A stretch of 64,000 nucleotides of DNA, taken from positions 29,760,001 to 29,824,000 of the forward strand of contig OZ360223.1 in NCBI GenBank assembly GCA_977017645.1. Reading direction: 5' to 3'. Under the pieces are notes generated by a model, which was given only the letters and a program-made list of their open reading frames with translations, ran no database searches and was not told where the DNA came from. Shown one piece after another: positions 61,201 to 64,000 of this stretch (positions are counted from its first letter, which is position 1; each line of letters begins with the position of its first letter). This DNA is from Torpedo marmorata (Eukaryota). The translations under genes were made by a program, and so were the position numbers.

Positions 61201-63465
61201 TAACTCTGCACTCTCTACTGTGTCTTATTGTGAACTTGTGCATGGGTGGATTTGCTGGATAGCAAAAATGAACCTTTTCCCTGTACCGAGGTAAACGACA
61301 ACTTGAACAGATAAACCCATACCAGAGGTCATGTTCAATCCTTGCACAGAAACAAAAATGGCCAAATGAAAAATCAGTTGCTCATTTCCCAAAATCTGAT
61401 CAAGTAACAACTTCAGCACAGGTGGAGCTACAAATTTTCCCCAATATGCTCATGCTGGAACTTTACCAATTCAAACCTTTAAACATTTTTTCAATTTAGA
61501 GATTCAGCACGGTAACTAGCCCTTCCAGCCTGCGCTGCCCAAATAAACCCATGACCAACCTATGAACCCAATAGCCCTTTGGAACGTGGGAGAAAAAACA
61601 AAGCACCACGAGGAAACCCATGCGGATACGGACAGACCACGTAAACTCCTTACAGACAGCTGCGGATTCAAACCCGGGTCACTGGTACTATAATAGCATT
61701 GCTCTAACTGCACTGCCCTATTTGAATCTTATTTTTTAAAGCAGCTAAATTTGTTAATAAGGAAAGCAAAGATCGATTCACAATTAAAACATCCGTTGGG
61801 TATTGCCTTTCACAATGCACATGCAGAAAATAGCCAACTGTTCAAAATCTCTGGGCATACCAACTACAATTTTTGCTCAACTCCACAAGGAGCATCAACA
61901 CAAAGTGCAGCAAGTTGGAGACAACTCCTTCAACCGCAAGTTAGTCTTTTTAATTCTGGAACTGCACACCTTTGCGAGAAGCTTATCAGGAATGGTCTCC
62001 TTGGAATGTTCTCTTCATTAAGACTTCACCAAGCCACCTGCAATTAAAACACTTGCAGCTTTCTTGATCCTTCACTGACCAGAAGTCTTCCCTCAGATAT
62101 TTTGCTCTTTTAAGCCAATTTTTGTCCAGTCCTTTCAGAATTCCACCAACATAATATTGTTATTATATTAATACCTGACATCTTCCAAATAGCAAAATTG
62201 GATGGCTACATTTCCTATACTGTCCACAAGATGCCTTTTTGAACTGGAGGCAAAAGTTATTATGTGCAACTTTTCCAACTGCTGTCAACCAAATGTTTAT
62301 CTCAACAACATTCAAGGTATTCAATATCACATTGAGTATTGCAATCTCCTATTAGTGGTTACACAGTCAAAATTGCTTTTCCACAACCGAATTTGAAGCT
62401 CTTATTCAGATATTTACATGCTCAAATGCCATATAAATATCTCAATAATCAATCTGCAGATACTGAAAAATCAAACTAACATGCTGGAAATATCTGCAGG
62501 TCAGACAGCACGAGGGACGCGAGAGTAGCTTCATCAGAACAATCTTTGACGAATGGTTAACGCTCCCTAGCCAAGCATTTCAAATCAATTACATCACAGT
62601 ATTTTGATGGGGAAGGCAAGGGGTTTGTAGGGTTACCCTGTCTCTGTTGACCATGTTTCAAGGTTACTTACAAATATGCTCTCATTACAAAAGAAACACA
62701 TCAAAAGAGACTTCACTGTTTGACAACTCTTCCTGGACAGAGCAGCATCCATTAAAATGGAGCTCAAGTAAACACCATTGCTTTGGGTGGTGCGATGGGG
62801 AGGGGAGAAATGTTACATAGGTAGAGTAAAAATACGGCAAGATCCAACAATAATTAATACCCATTACCTCTCTTCTCAACTCCAGGTCCATATACCTTAA
62901 CGCCACTGGTGTCAACTGCTGGGTCGACATGCAGACGTGCTGGGAAGTTCGGCACAGCTTTCCCGCCATATTTCAATGCAATTGTATGTGGGCCATGTTG
63001 AACAGGAATGCAGCTCACTGTATGAGTGCCATCACCATTGTCCTGAATATGGGTTTCAGCCTGAACCCCTGTATCTGATACCAGTTCCATGGTCAATTCT
63101 CCAGGACCCGCTTTTGTGCAGTCAACATTGACTAGCCCTGCTTCCCCGACTTTGCCACGTTCCAAACCAGGACCAGAAGCTGTAACTTTGGAGGGGTCAA
63201 AGGGCAATTTTATGTCCACCTTGAATGGAGAACCTGGAATGTGAACATCTTCAAACAAAATATTGACAAGATACTCTCCAGCTTCATTTGGCAAGTAAGA
63301 CACTGAACACGTTCTATCCCCGTTATCCGAGCACTCAATCTTGGCTTCACATGGGCCTTCCACAGTGAGACCCAAACCACCAGTACCAGCCCCTTTGGTG
63401 TTAATGGTGAATTCAGCAGATTTGCCCACAAGACCACCTACAAGGCCTGGCCCATGTGCTCTCAC
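1035..63465 (-). CDS. FLNB: Filamin-B, partial multi-exon gene (25 canonical coding exons, Ig repeats 9-24; 5' exons and last exon outside the window)
   Basis: Spliced exons give a continuous filamin rod ORF of 4501 nt with GT-AG boundaries and matching phases. FLNB-type peptides: [40 protein letters not shown], and hinge ending PPGFQPW. Exon sizes 598,174,163,161,168,124,157,190,248,78,103,141,129,174,159,204,153,123,267,138,116,133,177,219,204 match recalled human FLNB exons 21-45, except the hinge exon (78 vs 72 nt). Confidence 0.93.
2245..2634 (+). mobile_element. Rex1/Babar-like LINE fragment, 5' part (RT N-terminal region)
   Basis: [14 protein letters not shown]...[20 protein letters not shown]...[17 protein letters not shown]...YARLL. 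Confidence 0.85.
2635..4590 (+). mobile_element. 5'-truncated L1/Tx1-like LINE (ORF2 C-terminus plus 3'UTR)
   Basis: [26 protein letters not shown], CxxC...HMFWSC zinc knuckle; AT-rich 3'UTR ending aataaa plus A-rich tail. Confidence 0.88.
4591..5425 (+). mobile_element. Rex1/Babar-like LINE fragment, 3' part
   Basis: [45 protein letters not shown], then 3' tail ending gacttga. Confidence 0.85.
5886..9560 (-). mobile_element. Old degraded CR1-like LINE, interrupted by the L1 at 6764-8840
   Basis: Reverse-complement CR1-type 3' end (agaacatcac...acaggaacaggcc...cccacaatgtctgtgc); degraded RT-like sequence continues after 8852. Confidence 0.6.
6764..8840 (+). mobile_element. 5'-truncated L1/Tx1-like LINE with 12-bp TSD
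   Basis: [11 protein letters not shown] motif, [16 protein letters not shown], CxxC..HMFWLC; TSD agagataaaggt at 6752-6763 and 8841-8852. Confidence 0.9.
10278..10496 (-). CDS. FLNB: FLNB exon 44 equivalent (219 nt, Ig23)
   Basis: cacag|GTGTC...ACAG|gtaact; [32 protein letters not shown]...GSPFKAKVT. Confidence 0.95.
11719..13048. mobile_element. Penelope-derived inverted termini (11719-11800 and 12994-13048) enclosing a Rex1 copy
   Basis: aaatgctggaggaactcagcaggtcacgcagtgtccatagg on the left and its reverse complement ...tggacgctgcatgacacgctgagttcttccagtatttt on the right. Confidence 0.6.
11828..12988 (+). mobile_element. Rex1/Babar-like LINE, 5'-truncated and frameshifted
   Basis: [35 protein letters not shown]; tail tgacaataaattctgatt. 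Confidence 0.9.
15339..16675 (+). mobile_element. Rex1/Babar-like LINE, second subfamily, 5'-truncated
   Basis: [44 protein letters not shown]; tail tgacaataaatctgaaatctg. Confidence 0.9.
17203..17379 (-). CDS. FLNB: FLNB exon 43 equivalent (177 nt, Ig22/23)
   Basis: tacag|ACAAG...ACTG|gtaaga; [40 protein letters not shown]...GLEKGTT. Confidence 0.95.
17805..17937 (-). CDS. FLNB: FLNB exon 42 equivalent (133 nt, Ig22)
   Basis: tccag|GAGTCA...CCAG|gtaagc; [44 protein letters not shown]. Confidence 0.95.
20961..21076 (-). CDS. FLNB: FLNB exon 41 equivalent (116 nt, Ig21/22; ends in the Q/R editing-site codon)
   Basis: tacag|GTGAT...AGTCTTCAG|gtgaga; [39 protein letters not shown]. Confidence 0.95.
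22010..22127 (+). mobile_element. tRNA-derived SINE, 5' part, truncated by L1 3'UTR
   Basis: gggtggtacagttagcacaacc...ggagtttgtatgttctcccc...; similar to the SINE at 39693. Confidence 0.55.
22128..22634 (+). mobile_element. L1-like 3'UTR-only insertion
   Basis: Near-identical to 4086-4590, including the aatcaataaaaagattgaaaa tail. Confidence 0.85.
22812..22949 (-). CDS. FLNB: FLNB exon 40 equivalent (138 nt, Ig21)
   Basis: tgtag|CTGAA...CCCG|gtgagt; [46 protein letters not shown]. Confidence 0.96.
23086..23280. mobile_element. Tc1/mariner-type MITE
   Basis: TA|cagtaaaactccaggtatcc ... ggataatggggattttactg|TA; imperfect TIRs and TA TSD. Confidence 0.7.
23488..23614. repeat. ~130-bp intronic element, copy 1 (diverged direct repeat of 25874-26007)
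   Basis: Shared blocks cagaataccatgac, tcttgctgca, gagcaagt, aaatcaaatgggct, gggttccagttgac, gccaaggttgagcaa. Confidence 0.85.
23760..25006 (+). mobile_element. Rex1/Babar-like LINE, 5'-truncated
   Basis: Same subfamily as the copies at 11828 and 53953; RT motifs; tail aataaattctgattctg. Confidence 0.9.
25446..25712 (-). CDS. FLNB: FLNB exon 39 equivalent (267 nt, Ig20/21)
   Basis: tatag|AAATT...CCAG|gtaagt; [23 protein letters not shown]...[34 protein letters not shown]. Confidence 0.95.
25874..26007. repeat. ~130-bp intronic element, copy 2
   Basis: Collinear with 23488-23614. Confidence 0.85.
26948..27260 (+). mobile_element. Degraded CR1 3' fragment
   Basis: gatgtggagaggatgttgcctcttgtaggagaatccagaactagg..., resembling the CR1 ORF2 end and 3'UTR. 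Confidence 0.5.
27870..27922 (-). promoter_or_regulatory. RBFOX-type intronic splicing enhancer cluster (TGCATG x2 plus GCATG) downstream of the cryptic exon
   Basis: Plus-strand catgca at 27870-27875 and 27895-27900, and gcatgc at 27917-27922; about 66-118 nt after the donor at 27987. Confidence 0.55.
27988..28215 (-). other. Cryptic 228-nt cassette exon resembling the filamin-C Ig20 insertion exon, with in-frame TGA at codon 3 (candidate poison or vestigial exon)
   Basis: Long pyrimidine tract then ctcag|TGACT...TCGGAGG|gtgcgt; phase 1/1; translates [12 protein letters not shown]...[25 protein letters not shown], versus recalled FLNC GNWFQMVSAQERL...[26 protein letters not shown]. Confidence 0.72.
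29317..29439 (-). CDS. FLNB: FLNB exon 38 equivalent (123 nt, Ig19/20; the exon skipped in mammalian var-1 isoforms)
   Basis: tgcag|GGAGT...CCCG|gtaaga; [41 protein letters not shown]. Confidence 0.95.
29733..29885 (-). CDS. FLNB: FLNB exon 37 equivalent (153 nt, Ig19)
   Basis: tccag|GTTAT...CCAG|gtatga; [37 protein letters not shown]...ADQHVP. Confidence 0.95.
30258..30461 (-). CDS. FLNB: FLNB exon 36 equivalent (204 nt, Ig18/19)
   Basis: tatag|GTATC...GCAG|gtaaga; [27 protein letters not shown]...[11 protein letters not shown]. Confidence 0.95.
30545..30789 (-). mobile_element. tRNA-derived SINE
   Basis: Reverse complement of the SINE at 39693; B-box-like ggattcgaac and AT-rich tail. Confidence 0.75.
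31386..31515. repeat. ~125-bp intronic element, copy 1 (direct repeat of 33545-33670)
   Basis: Near-identical to 33545-33670, with about 5 differences. Confidence 0.9.
31650..31808 (-). CDS. FLNB: FLNB exon 35 equivalent (159 nt, Ig18)
   Basis: ttcag|ATGAT...ATTG|gtgagt; [53 protein letters not shown]. Confidence 0.95.
32296..32691 (+). mobile_element. Short L1-like 3' end with 16-bp TSD
   Basis: Similar to 57234-57629; TSD atatcttcaagtggag at 32280-32295 and 32692-32707. Confidence 0.88.
33067..33240 (-). CDS. FLNB: FLNB exon 34 equivalent (174 nt, Ig17)
   Basis: tgtag|GTGGT...ACAG|gtaatg; [37 protein letters not shown]...FTAKIT. Confidence 0.95.
33545..33670. repeat. ~125-bp intronic element, copy 2
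   Basis: Near-identical to 31386-31510; its final tgacct continues after the Tigger insertion at about 34850. Confidence 0.9.
33671..34847. mobile_element. Tigger/pogo-like non-autonomous DNA transposon
   Basis: TA|caggcagtccccgggttaaaaacg ... cgtttttaacccggggactcg|TA terminal inverted repeats. Confidence 0.8.
34865..35697 (+). mobile_element. GC/CpG-rich non-autonomous retroelement with Rex1-like 3' tail
   Basis: CpG-rich body with no recognisable protein; ends gtgacaataaattgaatcttgatcttg, like the Rex1 tails in this window. Confidence 0.55.
35829..36053. mobile_element. Truncated GC-rich MITE-like element
   Basis: cactggcatcactagggggg start with repeated gcaccgggtg/ggtgacaccat motifs; right terminus not seen. 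Confidence 0.4.
36223..36351 (-). CDS. FLNB: FLNB exon 33 equivalent (129 nt, Ig16/17)
   Basis: ttcag|AGAGT...GAGG|gtgaga; [43 protein letters not shown]. Confidence 0.95.
36769..37698. mobile_element. hAT-type non-autonomous transposon (composite)
   Basis: TIR cagggtcggcgcca / tggcgccgaccctg; 8-bp TSD gcctgaag (36761-36768) and gcatgaag (37699-37706), one mismatch. Confidence 0.75.
37098..37590 (-). mobile_element. Non-autonomous retroelement with Rex1-type tail, nested in the hAT element
   Basis: 37098-37180 is the reverse complement of a tail like 5330-5425; followed by a (CA)n-rich tract and a GC-rich body; far boundary approximate. Confidence 0.5.
37728..37932. mobile_element. hAT/Charlie-type MITE
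   Basis: Perfect 15-bp TIR cagtggttctcaacc / ggttgagaaccactg; flanks ccctaat(gat)c and ccctaatc. Confidence 0.8.
38621..38761 (-). CDS. FLNB: FLNB exon 32 equivalent (141 nt, Ig16)
   Basis: attag|GTGAA...CCAG|gtacgt; [47 protein letters not shown]. Confidence 0.95.
39693..39960 (+). mobile_element. tRNA-derived SINE
   Basis: gggtggcatggttggtgtagcgg (A-box-like), tcgaatccc (B-box-like), CR1-like 3' part and taaatt-repeat tail. Confidence 0.75.
40365..40467 (-). CDS. FLNB: FLNB exon 31 equivalent (103 nt, hinge 1/Ig16)
   Basis: atcaag|GTTCAT...ACAG|gtaaaa; [34 protein letters not shown]. Confidence 0.92.
42905..43790 (+). mobile_element. Degraded CR1-like LINE 3' portion
   Basis: QRDLEVQ..SLKV remnant, ggagtattgcgtgca, ggatgttgcctggattagag, CR1-type 3'UTR. 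Confidence 0.6.
44993..45070 (-). CDS. FLNB: FLNB hinge-1 cassette exon (exon 30 equivalent, 78 nt, phase 0/0)
   Basis: catcag|GCCACAGAT...CCCTGG|gtacag; [26 protein letters not shown], similar to recalled human ATDGEVTAVEEAPVNACPPGFRPW; not in ORF track. Confidence 0.9.
46550..46797 (-). CDS. FLNB: FLNB exon 29 equivalent (248 nt, Ig15)
   Basis: tcaag|GTTCT...GTCGTG|gtaagc; [30 protein letters not shown]...[16 protein letters not shown]. Confidence 0.95.
47580..47825 (+). mobile_element. Possible short L1-like 3'UTR fragment
   Basis: T-rich then G-rich UTR-like tract ending aataaa plus A-run; no TSD found. Confidence 0.35.
48513..48927 (-). mobile_element. Penelope-like element fragment (GIY-YIG C-terminus plus terminal repeat)
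   Basis: [32 protein letters not shown]; terminus aaatgctggaggaactcagc shared with 11719 and 57968. Confidence 0.75.
49237..49426 (-). CDS. FLNB: FLNB exon 28 equivalent (190 nt, Ig14)
   Basis: cacag|GATCAC...GTCAG|gtaagt; [31 protein letters not shown]...GDASKCTMS. Confidence 0.95.
49433..49770 (-). mobile_element. CR1 LINE 3' end abutting the exon 28 acceptor
   Basis: [12 protein letters not shown]...[13 protein letters not shown] (CR1 ORF2 C-terminus), 3'UTR and atgttctt-type tail. Confidence 0.85.
50231..50850 (+). mobile_element. Chapaev3-like (CMC superfamily) DNA transposon, internally deleted
   Basis: TIR cactggacaac / gttgtccagtg with TWA flanks (tta / taa); transposase C-terminus [34 protein letters not shown]...MLADYCWTL. 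Confidence 0.75.
51382..51538 (-). CDS. FLNB: FLNB exon 27 equivalent (157 nt, Ig13/14)
   Basis: (t)n-aaag|TCCT...TAACT|gtacgt; [53 protein letters not shown]. Confidence 0.93.
52176..52299 (-). CDS. FLNB: FLNB exon 26 equivalent (124 nt, Ig13)
   Basis: cttcag|GCATA...CACAG|gtaacc; [41 protein letters not shown]. Confidence 0.95.
53677..53844 (-). CDS. FLNB: FLNB exon 25 equivalent (168 nt, Ig12/13)
   Basis: ctgtag|GTAGT...TAAAG|gtaaga; [56 protein letters not shown] (translated by hand, absent from ORF track). Confidence 0.95.
53953..55576 (+). mobile_element. Rex1/Babar-like LINE, 5'-truncated, nearly intact RT (one frameshift near 54316)
   Basis: ORFs 53998-54336 and 54311-55420 with [37 protein letters not shown]; tail ttctgattctga. 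Confidence 0.93.
56029..56189 (-). CDS. FLNB: FLNB exon 24 equivalent (161 nt, Ig12)
   Basis: tctag|AGGGG...CCTG|gtaaca; [33 protein letters not shown]...HHIP. Confidence 0.95.
56243..57629 (+). mobile_element. 5'-truncated L1/Tx1-like LINE with 15-bp TSD
   Basis: 328-aa ORF2 C-terminus with CFRC...HSTWFCP; TSD aatatcaattcttag at 56228-56242 and 57630-57644. Confidence 0.9.
57968..59220. mobile_element. Penelope-like element in palindromic arrangement
   Basis: [16 protein letters not shown] and [13 protein letters not shown] (GIY-YIG C-terminus); 57968-58332 is an inverted copy of parts of 58767-59220. Confidence 0.82.
58324..58648 (+). mobile_element. Solo-LTR-like segment between the Penelope arms
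   Basis: TG...CA ends with 10/11 inverted repeat tgttgttgcaa / ttgtaacaaca; AATAAA at about 58562; internal ~51-bp tandem repeats tttcccacgatcgc; no TSD. Confidence 0.5.
59384..59546 (-). CDS. FLNB: FLNB exon 23 equivalent (163 nt, Ig11/12)
   Basis: acag|GGATA...ACAAG|gtaacc; [32 protein letters not shown]...FSVITR. Confidence 0.95.
60561..60734 (-). CDS. FLNB: FLNB exon 22 equivalent (174 nt, Ig11)
   Basis: ttgtag|GAGTT...AAAGG|gtatgg; [26 protein letters not shown]...YTPYEK. Confidence 0.95.
61485..61718 (-). mobile_element. tRNA-derived SINE
   Basis: Same family as 30545 and 39693 (aaactccttacagacagc, ggattcaaacc). Confidence 0.72.
62868..63465 (-). CDS. FLNB: FLNB exon (human exon 21 equivalent, 598 nt; Ig9-10, start of Ig11)
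   Basis: tgcag|GTGAGAGCA...GAGAG|gtaatg; [30 protein letters not shown]...[11 protein letters not shown]. Confidence 0.95.
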
Positions 63466-63808
63466 CTGCAAAGAAGATGAGAAATCATTCATTGGCAACC
63501 GGTTAAGCCTGGAACAATTCCAAATAAAATCCAAATGAAAACATTAGCTCCAGCCTTAGAATGGCTTAATTAGCACAAACCAAGAATTAAAACAGCATTC
63601 AAAAGATATAGGAAATATTACATAACAGAGGCTTTTGGAAAGTCTCACTTGTAACCCTATGGGTCAAGATAATGTTTAAATTGGCTTCCATTCTTCTGTA
63701 GTGAATAAGATTTAAAAACTGCCTCAAATTAATTCCTTTGGCACCAGAAATAGAATATACCTCATGGGTATTGACCAACAACAGTAAAACGGTAAAGCAG
63801 CGCAGCTG

Positions 63809-64000
63809 GAGTATTGGTCACCTAACTACAGGAAAGATATTAATAAGATAGAAAGAGTGAAGAGAAGATTTACTAGGATGTTGCCCGGACTTCAGGAACT
63901 GAGTTACAAGGAAAGGTTAAACACTTAATTGTTAAGAATAAATTGGATAGATACATGGATGGGAGAGGTCTGGAGGGTTATGGAATGGGTGCAGGTCAGT
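63809..64000 (+). mobile_element. CR1 LINE 3' fragment, internally deleted, running off the window
   Basis: ctggagtatt...tggtcacctaactacaggaaagat...agatttactaggatgttgcccggac...gatagatacatggatggga. Confidence 0.65.

Noticed and set aside
1035-63465. Calling the gene FLNC (because of the insertion-like exon) or FLNA
   Set aside because: Diagnostic residues in Ig15, hinge 1, Ig16, Ig18-19, Ig22 and hinge 2, and the exon sizes, fit FLNB best; a formal phylogeny is still advisable.
10225-63538. Plus-strand ORFs overlapping FLNB exons (e.g. 30269, 31652, 53667, 63341)
   Set aside because: Antisense shadows of coding exons with no independent evidence.

Overview
Vertebrate genomic DNA, not prokaryotic. 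The repeat content (CR1, Rex1/Babar, L1/Tx1, Penelope, tRNA-SINEs) suggests a cartilaginous fish, probably a ray or skate; this is an inference. The whole window lies inside a minus-strand filamin-B (FLNB) gene. I traced 25 consecutive GT-AG coding exons, equivalent to human exons 21-45 (Ig repeats 9 to 24, including hinges 1 and 2), with compatible phases and no stops. The gene continues past both window edges. The introns are full of transposable elements: several near-identical Rex1/Babar LINEs, L1-like 3' fragments with clean TSDs, Penelope palindromes, a Chapaev3-like transposon, and hAT and Tigger MITEs. The main unexpected signal is a hidden 228-nt, phase-1/phase-1 exon-like segment at 27988-28215 (minus strand). 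It sits exactly where filamin C carries its supposedly unique Ig20 insertion and resembles that insertion. It has good splice sites and a downstream RBFOX motif cluster, but the codon aligned to the conserved Trp is TGA, so it looks like a vestigial or poison exon. Human exon numbers, sizes and reference peptides are quoted from memory, not from a database search.
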